DNA of 64,000 nucleotides from Squalus acanthias (Eukaryota). The DNA is taken from contig JASTWF010000187.1 of NCBI GenBank assembly GCA_030390025.1, forward strand, positions 496,001-560,000. The letters run 5' to 3'. The translations under genes and the position numbers were made by a program. The notes under the pieces were generated by a model that made no database searches, was not told the origin of the DNA, and saw only the letters and a list, made by a program, of their open reading frames with translations. This document shows, piece after piece, positions 36,297 through 49,985 of the stretch; position 1 is the stretch's first letter; every line of letters starts with the position of its first letter.

Positions 36297-38636
36297 TGAA
36301 AATAGTAAAGTATATCATGAATTGTTACTTATATTCCATGTTGTGTCTTCTTGTCCCTGTCAGACATGGCCTCCCCTCCCAGATACACAGCCACTCACTC
36401 TAAGATCCTTACCCAATGTGAATTTAATAATGTATGAGGAACACTGCATCAGCGCACAATTCAGTGTTGTAATCTGTTCTCAGTTAGTTTCCAGTTCTCT
36501 TGTCGGTGCTGACTCGGGCCTGGTACATTCCCACCAGCCCCGAGAGCCCTAGAGTATCTCTACATTCATGTGGAGTCCGACCTCTGATCGGTGATTGGAT
36601 ATCAAGTTTAACTGTTTAATGAAGGGACCCAATGTCCCTCCTGGGAATGGTTTGGATCTTGAGGCTCGGACACGCTCTGAAATGGCAGCACGCGCTGTCC
36701 CCACGCATTGTTCTCCGCTCACTCGGCACCGCCCCACAGCCGCACTCCTGTGTCCAGAAACACAGGAACAGAGGAATTGCTGGAGTATTAAGACACTTTC
36801 TGCTCTTTTCAGTGGCCAATTGGGATGACACCCACAGTGTCATTAAACAAACTAAAATTAATCTAACGAACTTTATAAAGGGGCACAAACAATTATCATA
36901 AAAATCATACAAATAGGAATCTGATCAAAGTAAATGAGAATATTATCTTCGCAATCTTTTATACACCCAAGTCTAGTTCGCTTTCTACCATCCTGGTAGT
37001 CCCCCGATACAATGATAATAATGTTGACTAATCACAGCGATCAATCTCTATCGATTAGTCTACAACAGGCCCAGACATGAGGTGAGGAAAACCCCAGTGG
37101 TGGAGAGCTTTAGGAAACATTGGACCACAGTCACCTGTTCCTCCCAAGTACACTGCACTTACCACATGTCATGTCTCTAATTACTCACATGCTGTGTCCC
37201 CAAGTGGTATTCCAGGAATGATATCCAATTAATTTGTATTTGAATGAATCAACACTAACTGCTTCCACCGTCTCCCTAGGCAGCCTGTCCATAGATTGAC
37301 CACTCACTCACTGAAATACTGTTTCAGCAGATTGGGTTTGAATTGACCCCCTTCAAGCCCAGGCCGCGTCCTCTGGTTCTACTGTCTGGACAAGGTGAAA
37401 TAACTTGTCGTGCTCTACATTATCTGCTCCATTTAGAATTCTAAAAACAGCAATCATATTACATAGAAACATAGAAACACAGAAGATAGGAGCAGGAGTA
37501 GGCCATTCGGCCCCTCGAGCCTGCTCCGCCATTTAATGAGATCATGGCTGATCATCCAAATTCAGTACCCTGTCCCTGCTTTCTCCCCATATCCCTTGAT
37601 CTCTTTAGCCTTACGAACTATATCTAACTCCTTCTTGAATATATTTAATGAATTGGCCTCAACTGCCTTCTGTGGCAGATAATTCCACAGGTTCACCACT
37701 CTCTGGGTGAAGAAATTCCTCCTCATCTCAGTCCCAAATGGCTTACCCCTTATCCTTAGACTGTGACCCCTGGTTCTGGACTTACCCGCCATCGGAAACA
37801 TGCTTCCTGCATCTAGTCTGTCTAGTCCTGTTAGAATTTTACAAGTTTCAATGAGATCCCCTCTCATTCTTCTAAACGCGAGCGAATAAAAGTCTAACCG
37901 ACCCAATCCCTCTTCATACGTCATCCCTGCCATCCCGGGTATCAGTCTGGTGAATCTTCGCCGCAGTCCCTCCATGGCAAGAACATCCTTCCCCAGATAA
38001 GGCGACCAAAACTGCACACAATACTCAAGGTGTGGTCTCACCAAGGCCCTGTAAACCTGCAGCAAAACATCCTTGTTCCTGTACTCAAACCCTCTCGCTA
38101 CGAAGGCGAAAACACCATTTGCCTTCTTAACCGCCTGCTGCACATGCATGCTTACCTTCAGCGATTGGTGCACAAGGACACACAGGTCTCGTTGCACCGC
38201 CCCTTTTCCCAATCTATTGCCGTTCAGATAATAATCTGCCTTCCTATTTTTGCCAACGAAGTGGATAACCTTACATTTATCCACATTATGCTGCATCTGC
38301 CATGCATTTGCCCACTCACCCAACCTGTCCAAATCATACTGGAGTTTCTCTGCATCCTCCTCACAACGCACACGCCCACCCAGCTTTGTGTCGTCTGCAA
38401 ACTTGGAGATATTACATCTAGTTCCCTCGTCTAAATCATTAATATATATTGTGAATAGCTGGGGTCCTAGCACCGATCCCTGCGGTACCCCACTAGTCAC
38501 TGCCTGCCACTCGGAAAAAAGACCCGTTTATTTCAACTATTTTCTTCCTGTCTGCCAACCAGTTCTCTATTCAAGTCAGTACCTTACCCCCAATCCCATG
38601 TGCTTTAACTTTGCATGCTAATCTCTTATGCGGGAC

Positions 38637-41600
38637 ATAGAAACATAGAAACATAGAAAATAGGTACAGGAGTAGACCATTCGGTCCTTCGAGCCTGCAC
38701 CGCCATTCAATGCGTTCATGGCTGAACATGCTACCTCAGTACCCCATTCCTGCTTTCTCGCCATACCCCTTGATCCCCCTAGTTGTGAGTGTTATATCTA
38801 ACTCCCTTTTGAATATATTTAGCGAACTGGCCTCAACAACCTTCTGTGGAAGAGAATTCCATAGATTCACCACTCTCTGGGTGAAGAAGTTCCTCCTCAG
38901 CTCAGTCTTAAATGGCTTCCCCTTAATCCTTAGACTGTGACCCCTGGTTCTAGTTTTCCCTAACATTGGGAACATTCTGCCCGCATCTAATTTGTCTAAA
39001 CCAGTCAGGATTTTAAATGTCTCTATAAGATCCCCCCTCATTCTTCTGAACTCCAGAGGATACAAGTTCAGTTGACCCAATCTTTCTTGATATGTCAGAC
39101 CGGCCTTCCCAGGAATCAATCTAGTGAACCTTCGCTGCACTCCCTCAATAGCAAGAATGTCCTTCCTTAAGTTAGGAGACCAAAACTGCGCACAATACTC
39201 CAGGTGTGGCCTCACCAAGGCCCTGTACAACTGCAGCATCACCTCCCTACTCCTGTACTCAAATCCCCTTACTATGAAGGCCATCATTCCGTTTGCTTTC
39301 TTGACTGCCTGCTGCACTTGCATTCCCACCTTCAGTGACTGATGTACCATGACGCCCAGGTCTCGTTGCACCTCCCCTTTCCCTAATCTGCCACCATTCA
39401 AGTAATAGTCCGCCTCTCTACTTTTACCACCAAAGTGGATAACCTCACATTTATCCACATTGTACTTCATCTGCCATACATTTGCCCATTCACCCAACCT
39501 GTCCAAGTCACTCTGTAGCCTCCTAGCATCCTCCTCATTGTTCACACTGCCTCCCAATTTAGTGTCATCCGCAAATTTGGAGATATTACATTTAATCCCT
39601 TCGTCCAAATCATTAATATATAATGTAAACAGCTGGAGTCCCAGCACCGAACCCTGCGGTACCCCGCTGGTCACTGCCTGCCATTCTGAAAAGTACCCAT
39701 TTACTCCTACTCTTTGTTTCCTGTGTGCCAACCAGTTCTCAATCCACGTCAACACATTACCCCCAATCCCATGTGCTTTAACTTTGCTCACCAATCTCTT
39801 GTGTGGGACCTTGTCGAAGGCCTTCTGAAAGTCCAAATACACCACATCTACTGGTTCCCCCCTGTCCACCCTATTGGAAACATCCTCAAAAAATTCCAGA
39901 AGATTTGTCAAGCATGATTTCCCTTTCACAAATCCATGCTGACTTGGACCTATCATGTCGCCACTTTCCAAATGGTCTGTTATGACATCTTTAATAATTG
40001 CTTCCATCATTTTACCCACGACCGATGTCAGGCTGACCGGTCTATAATTCCCTGCTTTCTCCCTCCCTCCTTTTTTAAAAAGAGGGGTTACATTGACCAC
40101 CCTCCACTCCATCGGAACTGATCCAGAGTCTAAGGAATGTTGGAAAATGATCGTCAATGCATCCACTATTTCCAAGGCCACCTCCTTAAGTACTCTGGGA
40201 TGCAGACCATCAGGCCCCGGGGATTTTTCAGCCTTCAGTCCCATCAATTTTCCCAATACCTTTTCCCGTCTAATAAGGATTTCCCTCAGCTCCTCCCTCT
40301 TACCAGATCCTCTGACCCCTTTTATTTCCGGCAGGTTGTGTGTGTCCTCCACAGTAAACACCGAACCAAAGTACTTGTTCAATTGATCCGCCATTTCCTT
40401 GTTCCCCATTACGACTTCCCCTGTTTCCGACTGCAGGGGACCTACGTTTGTTTTTACTAACCTCTTTCTTTTTACATATTTATAGAAGCTTTTGCAGTCC
40501 ATTTTAATGTTCTCTGCAAGCTTCCTTTCATATTTTATTTTCCCTGCCCTAATCAAACCCTTCGTCCTCCTCTGCTCAGTTTTGAAGTTCTCCCAGTCCC
40601 CGTGTTTGCTGCTACTTCTGGCCAATTTGTATGCAACTTCCTTGGTTTTAATACTATCCCTGATTTCCCTTGTTAGCCATGGTTGAGCCACCTTCCCTTT
40701 TTTATTTTTACGCCAGACCGGGATGTACAATTGTTGTAGTTCATCCATGCGATCTCTAAATGTCTGCCATTGCCCTTCCACTGATAGCCCCTTAAATATC
40801 GCTTGCCAATTTAACCTCACCAATTCACGCCTCATACCCTCAAAGTTGCCCTTATTTAAGTTCTGGACCATGGTCTCTGACTTAACTGTTTCCTTCTCCA
40901 TCCTAATGTAGAACTCCACCATACTATGGTCACTCTTCCCCAGGGGGCCTCGTACCACAAGATTGCTGATTAGTCCTTCCTCATTACACAACACCAGTCC
41001 AGGATGGCCTCCCCTCGAGTTGGTTCCTCAACATATTGGTTTAGGAAACCATCCCTTAAACACTCCAGGAAATCCTCCTCCACCGTATTGCTTCCAGTTT
41101 GAGTAGCCCAATCTATATGCATATTAAAGTCACCCATGATAACTGCCGTGCCTTTTTTGCACGCACCTTTGATTTCCTGTTTCATACCCTCCCCCACCTC
41201 ACTACTGCTGTTTGGAGGTCTGTACACAACTCCCACTAACGTTTTCTGCCCTTTGGTGTTCTGCAGCTCAACCCATATTGATTCCACATCCTCCAAGCTG
41301 ATGTCCTTCCTAGCTATTGCATTAAAATCCTCTTTAACCAGCAATGCTACCCCACCCCCTTTTCCTTTTATTCTATCCTTTCTAAATGTTGAATACCCCT
41401 GGATATTCAGTTCCCAGCCTTGATTGTTCTGGAGCCACGTCTCTGTAATCCCAATCACATCGTATCCGTTAACATCTATTTGCACAGTCAATTCATCCAC
41501 CTTATTACGGATACTCCTTGCATTAAGACACAGAGCCTTTAGGCTTGTTTTATTAACATCCTTTGTCCTTTTAGACTTATGATTTAGTATGGCCCTTTGT

Positions 41601-42575
41601 GTTTCTTGCCTTTGTTTACTCGGCCTTCCCCTATTGTTTCTCACCCTTCTAACATTTGTTTCTGACTGCATATTACTTCCCCCTGTTTCGCTACATAGGT
41701 TCCCATTCCCCTGCCATATTAGTTTAAATCCTCCCGAACTGCTTTAGCAAATATTACCCCGAGGACATCGGTTCCAGTCCTGCCCAAGTGCAGACCGTCC
41801 CTTTTGTACAGGTCCCACTTCCCCCAGAACTGGTTCCAATGCCTCAGGAATTTGAATCCCTCCCTCCTGCACCACTGTTCAAGCCACGTATTCAATCTCA
41901 CTATCCTGTTCTCTCTATTCTGATTAGCACGTGGCCCTGGTAGCAATCCAGAGATTACTACCTTAGAGGTCCTACTTTTTAATTTAGCTCCTAGCTCCCT
42001 AAATTCTGCTTGTAGGACCTCTTCCCGCTTTTTACCTATATCGTTGGTACCTACATGCACCACGACAGCTGGCTGGTCACCCTCCCTCTTCAGAATGTTC
42101 TGCAGCCGCTCCGAGACATCCTTGACCCTTGCACCAGGGAGGCAACATACCATCCTGGAATCTCGTTTGCGGCCACAGAAACTCCTGTCTATTCCCCTTA
42201 CAATTGAGTCCCCTATCACTATAGCCCTACCACTCTTTTCCCGCCCTGCTGTGCAGCAGAGCCAGCCATGGTGCCATGAACCTGGCTGCTAGTGCCTTCC
42301 CGTGGTAGGCCATCTCCCCCAACAGTATCCAAAGCGGCATACCTGTTTTGGAGGGAGATGACCACAGGGGTCTCCTGCACTACCTTCCTGATATTGCCCT
42401 GCTTCTTGGTCACCCATTCACTGTCTGTCCTAGCCTTTACCTGCGGTGTGGACAACTCACTAAATGAGCGATTCACCGAGTTCTCGGCATCGTGCATGCT
42501 CCAGAGTGAGTCCACCCGCAGCTCCAGCACCGCCATGCGGGCTGTCAGGAGCTGCAGCTGGACACACTTCCCGCT
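38637..42575 (-). mobile_element. Young, nearly full-length CR1 LINE: ORF1 (SGNH esterase) and ORF2 (APE + RT)
   Basis: ORF1 has IGDSIVRG...VHVGTND...DGLH. APE has LNARSIRNK/ITETW/GDFN/SDH. RT is open for 752 aa with FADD. One frameshift each in ORF1 (~42240) and ORF2 (~40995). (ATAGAAAC)n tail. Confidence 0.97.
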
Positions 42576-42674
42576 CCACCTATATACGGTAACCAATGAA
42601 TTGGCCCCGCCCCCTGCCTTTGAAAAAGCCCGCGAAGCTCTTACCCCGCTGGGTAAAAAGGCCACGTAGGTGAG

Positions 42675-43100
42675 TTTATTGACACACCTCAGGCCTCTGC
42701 CGCTCCAACCAGGTCCGCTCCTCCTTCCCCGCTGCCGACCGCTCTGTGGGAGAGAGAAAGAAAGAAAGGCTCCTCCTCCCCCGCTGTCGACGCTGGTCTG
42801 AGGCCTACCTGAGCCTCGGGACTCCCTTTATTGACACACCTCAGGCCTCTGCCGCTCCAACCAGGTCCGCTCCTCCTTCCCCGCTGCCGACCGCTCTGTG
42901 GGAGAGAGAAAGAAAGAAAGGCTCCTCCTCCCCCGCTGTCGACGCTGGTCTGAGGCCTACCTGAGCCTCGGGCCTCCCTTTATTGACACACCTCAGGCCT
43001 CTGCCGCTCCAACCAGGTCCGCTCCTCCTTCCCCGCTGCCGACCGCTCTGTGGGAGAGAGAAAGAAAGAAAGGCTCCTCCTCCCCCGCTGTCGACGCTGG
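42675..43100. repeat. 152-bp GC-rich tandem repeat, ~2.8 near-identical copies
   Basis: TTTATTGACACACCTCAGGCCTCTGCCGCTCC... starts at about 42675, 42827 and 42979. Confidence 0.9.
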
Positions 43101-43749
43101 TCGAAAGGCTTCTGAAAGTCCAAATACACCACATCCACTGGTTCTCCCTTATCAATTCTACCAGTTGCATCCTCAAAAAATTCCAGTCGATTAGTCAGGC
43201 ATGATTTACCTTTTGTAAATCCATGTTGACTTTGTCCGATCCTGTCACTGTTTTCCAAGTGCTCTGCTATTACATCTTTTATAATAGACTCTAGCATTCC
43301 CCCCCCCCCCCACCCCCTACAGATGTCAGGCTAACCGGTCTATAATTCCCCGTTTTCTCCACCACCTTTTTAAAATAGTGAGGTTACATTAGCTACCCTC
43401 CAATCCATGGGAACAGTTCCAGAGTCGATAGAATTTTGGAAGATGACCAGCAATGCATCTACTATTTCTAGGGCCACTTCCTTAAGTACCCTGGGAAGTA
43501 GATTATCAGGCCCTGGGGATTTATCGGCCTTCAATCCCATTCATTTCCCGAACACCATTTCCCTGCAAATACTGATTTCATTCAGTTCCTCCCTCTCATT
43601 AAACCCTATGTTCCCCGACCTCTGTGGGATGTTCTTTATGTCCTCATTTGTGAAGACAGAACCAAAGTATGTATTTAATTGGTCTGCCATTTCTTTGTTC
43701 CCATTATAAATTCCTCTGATTCTGACTGCAAGGGACCTACGCTTGACTT

Positions 43750-44647
43750 CATAGAAACATAGAAACAAAGAAGATAGGAGCAGGCGTAGGCCCTTCGGCC
43801 CCTCAAGCCTGCTCCGCCATTCGATGAGATCATGGCTGATCATCTAAACTCAGTACCCTGTCCCTGCCTTCTCCCCATATCCCTTGATACCTTTAGCCTT
43901 AAGAAATATATCTAACTCCTTCTTGAATATATTTACTGAATTGACCTCAACTGCCTTCTATTGTAGAAAATTCCACAGGTTCACCACTCTCTGGGAGAAG
44001 AAATTCCTCCTCATCTCTGTCCTAAATGGCTTACCCCTTATCCTTAGACTGTGACCCCTGGTTCTGGGCTGACCCGCCATCGGGAACATCCTTCCTGCAT
44101 CCAGTCTGTCTAGCCCTGTTAGAATTTTATAAGTTTCAATGATTTCTCCTCTCATTCTTTTAAACTCCAGCGAGTATAAGTCCAATCGACCCAATCTCTC
44201 CTCATATGTCATTCCTGCCATCCCAGGCATCAGTCTGGTGAATGTTCGCTGCACTCCCTCCAAGGCAAGAACATCCTTCCTCAGATAAGGCGACTAAAAC
44301 TGCACACAATACTCAAGGTGTGGTCTCACCAAGGCTCTATACAGCTGCAGCAAGACATCCTTGTTCCTGTACTCAAACCCTCTCGCTACGAAGGCCAACA
44401 TACCATTTGCCTTCTTAACCGCCTGCTGTACCTGCATGCTTATTACCTTCAGCGACTGGTGCACAAGGACACCCAGGTCTCGTTGCACTTCCCCTGCTCC
44501 CAATCTATTGTCGTTCAGATAATAATCTGCCTTTCTGTTTTTGCCACCAAAGTGTATAACCTCGAATTTATCCACATTATAATGCATCTGCCATGCTTCT
44601 GCCCAATCACTCAAACTGTCCAAATCATACTGGAGTTTCTATGCATC
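43750..44647 (-). mobile_element. Nested CR1 3' fragment
   Basis: Has its own (ATAGAAAC) tail and an RT C-terminus very similar to 37460-38350. Confidence 0.9.
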
Positions 44648-46261
44648 TAATTCACTAATCTTTTTCTATTCGCATATCTATAAAAGCTTTTACAGTCAGT
44701 TTTTATGTTCTCTGCAAGCTTACTCTCATACTCTATTTTCCCACTCTTAATTAATCCCTTTGTCCTCCTTTGCTGTATCCTAAACTGCTGCCAATCCTCA
44801 GGTTTGCTGCTTTTTCTGGCCAATTTATACGTCTGCTCCTTGGAACTTATGCTATCCCTAATTTCCCTTGTTAGCCACGGTTGAGCCACCTTTCCTGTTT
44901 CATTTTTATGCCAAACAGGGATGAACAAATTCTATAGTTCATCCATGCAATCTTTAAATGTTTGCCATTGCCTATCCACCGTCAACCCTTTAAGTAACGT
45001 TCCCCAATCCATCCTCGCCAACTCGCGCCTCATACCATGTAGTTTCCTTTATTTAAATTCAGGACCCTAGTCTCTCAATCAACTACTTCACTCTCCATCT
45101 GAATGAAGAATTCTATCATATTATGATCGCTCTTCCCCTTGGGACCTCGCACAACAAGATTGTTAATTAATCCTTTCTCATTACATAATACCCAGTCTAA
45201 GATGGCCTGATCTCTCGTTGGTTCCTCGACATATTGGTCCAGGAAACCATCCCGTATACACTCTAGGAATTCCTCCTCCACAGTATTGTTACTAATTTGG
45301 TTAGCCCAATCTATATGCAGATTAAACTCACCCATGATAACTTCTGTGCCCTTATTGCACGCATCTCTAATTTCCTGTTTAATGCCATCCCCAATCTCAC
45401 CACTACTGCTTGGGGGTCTGTATACAACTCCCACTAACGTTTTCTGCCCCTTGGTATTTCGCATCTCTACCCATACAGATTCCACATCATCCAAGCTAAT
45501 ATCCTTCCTTACTATTGTGCTAATCTGCTCTTTAATCAGCAACGCTACCCCACCTCCTTTTCCTTTTTGCCTGTCCGTCCTGAATATTGAATACCCCTGG
45601 ATGTTGAGTTCCCAGCCTTGGTCACCCTGGAGCCATGTCTCCATAATCCCAATTATATCGTATCCATTTACATCTATTTGTGCAGCTAATTCATCCACCT
45701 TCTTACGAATGCTCCTCGCATTAAGACACAAAGCCTTCAGGCTTGTGTTTTTAACACTCTTAGTCCTTTTAGAATTATTTTTAACTGTGGCCCTGTTTGA
45801 TTTACACCCTTGATTTCCCTGCCTTCCATTTTTGCTTTTCTCCTTCCTATCTTTTGCTTCTATCCTTGCTTCCCTTTCCTCTGTCTCCCTGCACAGGGTC
45901 CCAACCCCCTGCCATTTTAGTTTAAAACCTCCCCAACAGCACTAGCAAACACTCCCCCGAGGGCATCGGTCCCGGTCCCGTCCAGGTGCAAACCGTTCAG
46001 TTTGTACTGGTCCCACCTCCCCCAGAACCGGTTCCAAGGTCCCAGGAATTTGAATCCCTCCCCCATGCACCATTCCTCTAGTCACGTATTCATCTAAAAT
46101 ATCCTGCTATTTCTACTCTGACTAGCACGTGGCACTGGTAGCAATCCTGAGATTACTACCTTTGAGGTCCTATTTTTTTAATTTACCTCCTAACTTCCTA
46201 TATTCAGCTTTAGGACCTCATCCCAGTTTTCTGGCCCATTGAATTAAATGTCTGATATAAT

Positions 46262-47022
46262 GTCCCAGAAATTCGACGCTTATCGGGTGAGTACGCGCTG
46301 GGTACTCACCCGTAAGGGCACTTGAAGTGCCGGTTTCCTGCATGCACTGCGCAAGCGCGGGAAACTGGAACGTCCGATCTCGTGAAGGGAGGGGTTCAGA
46401 GGTGAAACGCGTGCGCGGGAGAGGCTCCGCGCACGCAGTGAACTTCGGGTTTTTTCAGGTTTCTCCGGGAAGCTAAGTATGGAAGAAGATGTGCTTTTAA
46501 AAAGGAGGTGCAAGACTCGTTTTTAACAAGGTAAGTGGTTAATTAATTACAATTTAAAACATTTTTCAACAGGTTTCTCTTTTTTAGATACTTTAAAGAA
46601 AGGTAAGTTTATTTTTAGCTCCGTTAAAAAGTATAATTAATTTTTTCAAAAATTTAAATTTTTGTTTAAAGTAGTTAATTTATTTAACTTATAGTTATTT
46701 TAAAAATGTGATTTAAAAATTTTTTTTTTTTGAAGTTTAAGTGTGGTTTTGGGGCCGATTTCAATTCATAGATTTGACAGGTCTTCCTGTCAAATCTATG
46801 AATGAAAATGCCCTGCTAGGATTGGCTCTCCATGGCCCACGTGATCCCAGGGGACGCTTCGAACTAACTGCGCCCCTGGGACACGCAAGCCCTGCGCGCC
46901 CAGCTGGAGGAGGCCCAGGACCCAAAGTTCTCGTGGGCCCAAAACACAATGGCAAGCACGGTGGGTAAGTACGCGCACGATGCTTGCACCCGCAGGAAGC
47001 CGGAAAACCGAATTTCTGGCCC
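46262..47022. mobile_element. Harbinger-type MITE
   Basis: TIR-like ends GTCCCAGAAATTCG...CGAATTTCTGGCCC, flanked by AAT/ATT; internal hairpins. Confidence 0.82.
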
Positions 47023-47684
47023 ATTGTGCATTATGGGAAACAGAAGTTTAGTCTGAGTTAGAAACTCAAACAGGCGCTTCACTGCAGACAGGTCGCCATG
47101 GCAACACTGATAAGACAGTCCATTCACTGAATCCATTGGTTGGAAACTCTAATGATATCAGGGGAAAAAATAGTATTTTATTAATCACAATATAAGCTTA
47201 AACCGGAGTGAGTAATAGAGCAGATTATATTATATTATGTCATCTTTATACCTATAACTATTAAACTGTAAGAAATAACAGCATTAACAGCAGGAAGGTA
47301 GTTTAGGGATAAAGAGAAAATTACTGAAGAAAGGTAACTGCTGGGAAACAGGGAAAGTGTCCTTGTAAATCACTGATTAGAGAAGTTCCAGCTGACTTTC
47401 TCTCGCTTCCTGCCAAAACCCAGCAGAGAAGATAAAGAAGAGTCAAGTGCCAGGGATGGATCACTACAGGGTATAAAAGTGAGGGGATCCTGATGTAAGG
47501 GGGCAGTCGGGACTGGAGACACCGGAGATCAAGCTCAGGGCGCCCGAGGTTCCATCCAGCGCGCTGACCTCATGTAAGTTACTATGGACACGCGGAACTT
47601 GCAAGTTTACTCTGATTGATGGATCAATGTAAGCTATGGTCGAGGACAGAGAATCTGCTCATCTTATATTTCTAATAAGGTATT

Positions 47685-48437
47685 GGGCCAAAACTTCGGC
47701 ACTTGCCGGGTGAGTACGCACTGTGTACTCACCCGCAAGTCCTCCTGAAGTGCCGGTTTCCTGCATGCACTACGCATGCGCGGCAAACCGGAACTTCCGG
47801 TCTGTTGAAGGGGGTTGTTCAGAGGAGAACGGCGTGCGCGGTAGAGGCTGTGTGCATGCAGCAAACTTATTTTTATTTTCAGGTTTCTCCGGGAGGGTAA
47901 GTATTGAAGAACCTTAGCTTTTAAAAAGGAGGCGCAGGACCCGTTTTCAACAAGGTACGTGGTTAATTAATTATAATTTAAAACATTTTTCAACAGGTTT
48001 ATCTTTTTTAGATACTTTAAAGAAAGGTAAGTTTATTTTTAGCACTGTTAAAAAGTATTTAAATTTTTTTCAAAAATGTAAATTTTTGTTTAAAGTAGTT
48101 AATTTATTTAACTTATAGTTATTTTATAAATGTGATGGTTTTATTTTAAATTTATTTGCAGTTTAGCTGTTCTTTTGGTGACGATTTCAATTCATAGTAT
48201 TTGACAGGTCTTCCTGTCAAATCTATGAATGAAAGATGGTCTGCTGTCATTGGCCCACGTGATCCCAGGGGACGCACTAACTACGCCCCTGGGACAAGCA
48301 AGCACTGCGCTCCGGCACTTGGAGCAGGCCCAGGAGCTGAAGTTTCCGTTGGCCCAGAGGTCAACGGCAGGCGCGGTAGGTAAGTGCGCGCGCGATCATT
48401 ACCCCCGCGGCAAGCCGGAGAGGTGAATTTCAGGGCC
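47685..48437. mobile_element. Harbinger-type MITE with ATT target-site duplication
   Basis: ATT|GGGCCAAAACTTC...GAATTTCAGGGCC|ATT; colinear with 46262-47022. Confidence 0.85.
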
Positions 48438-49167
48438 ATTAAATTTTCTGACACTAGACTCTCGAACCTGCCAATTAATAAGACAAGGCATTAATTAGAA
48501 TCTTATACGCCTACTCCTTTTAAAGGTTTAGCATTTAGTGAACATTACATCCCCCTTTGCTTCATCCCAAAATGTATCTCCTCACATTTCTCCGCGATAA
48601 ATTTCATCGATCGTCTACCTGCCCCATTTACTAACCTGTGGATTCACTCTGATGTCACTTACAGTCCTCTTCACAGTTCCCACGCTCCCTAATGCGGTCT
48701 CAGTTGGAGATTTTGATCTTGTGCCCCGTATACCCAAGCCCAGAACAGTTCTCTATATTTCCACTGCAAGGCTGGCTAGGGATTGCTGTAACATCCGCAA
48801 TCCCGCTACAACTAGACTGGAGCCTCTCCTGTCAGATCACATAATATTGCAGACTTACCAGATATTTACACACTGAACTACCAGAGTTTATAACAAATAA
48901 GGTGGATCCAAGAAGAATTTGTAACTGGTCCAGTGCTTGATGATTTCACCAATAAACATATGTCCCAGTGTGTTATTTTATTCAGGGCTTTACCCAACAG
49001 ACTCTATCACGGGGGGCTGAGTGTTTGTGACGGAGTTTAATGACACCAAGCGCTGGAGTTGCAGGCTATGTTATTATCCTTGCTCCAAACGCATTCTACC
49101 TGCTTGTAATCTCTTTCTTGTCCGAATTATCACACTATTATCACTCTGTACATGGAGTTCCATATTG

Positions 49168-49985
49168 TGAATGTAGAACTGAACTCAGCCAGAGTCAGCA
49201 CCTTCAGGGAAGGAGAGGGAGGGGAACCAGTAAGTGTAGAACTGAACGCAGCCAGAGTCAGCACCTTCAGCGGAGGAGAGAGAGGGGAACCAGTGAGTGT
49301 GGAACTGAACCCAGCCAAAGTCTGCACCTTCAGGTGAGGAGAGGGAGGGGAACCAGTGAGTGTGGAACTCAACCCAGCCAGAGTAAGCACCTTCAGGGGA
49401 GGAGAGGGAGAAGAACCAGTGAGTGTAGAACTGAACCCAGCCAAAGTCAGCACCTTCAGGGGAGGCGAGGGAGGGGAACCAGTGAGTGTAGAACTGAACA
49501 CAGCCAGAGTCAGCACCTTCAGGTGAGGAGAGGGAGGGGATCCAGTGAGTGTAGAAGTGAACTCAGCCAGAGTCAGCAACTTCAGTGGAGGAGAAGGAGG
49601 GAAACCAGTGAGTTTAGAACTTAACCCAACCAGAGTCAGCAACTTCAGGGGAGGAGAGGGAGGGGAACCAGTGAATGTAGAACTAAACCCAGCCAGAGTC
49701 AGCACCTTCAGGGGAGGAGAGGGAGGGGAACCAGTGAGTGTAGAACTGAACCCAGCCAGAGTCAGCACCTTCAGGGGAGTAGAGGGAGAGGGCCCAGTGA
49801 GTGTAGAACTGAACCCAGCCAGAGTCAGCAGCTTCAGTGGATGAGAGGCAGGGGAACCGGTGAGTGTAGAACTGAACCCAGCCAGAGTCAGCACCTTCAG
49901 GGGAGGAGAGGGAGGGGAACCATTGAGTGTGGAACTGAACCCTGCCAGAGTCAGCATCTTCATGGGAGGAGAGGGAGGGGAACAT
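49168..49985. repeat. 63-bp minisatellite (~13 copies)
   Basis: Unit GTGAGTGTAGAACTGAACCCAGCCAGAGTCAGCACCTTCAGGGGAGGAGAGGGAGGGGAACCA; 21-aa periodicity. Confidence 0.95.

Larger units (their letters stand above)
37460..46225 (-). mobile_element. Host CR1 LINE split by two nested CR1 insertions (pieces 37460-38636, 43101-43742, 44648-46225)
   Basis: The RT text breaks at ...CTTATGCGGGAC and resumes near 43101 (TCGAAAGGCTTCTGAAAG). It breaks again at ...GGGACCTAC and resumes near 44648. APE domain at 45075-45731. Confidence 0.85.

Noticed and set aside
38030-45813. Numerous + strand ORFs
   Set aside because: Antisense shadows of CR1 ORF1/ORF2.
49130-49963. 277-aa Ser/Pro-rich - strand ORF
   Set aside because: Antisense reading of the 63-bp minisatellite.
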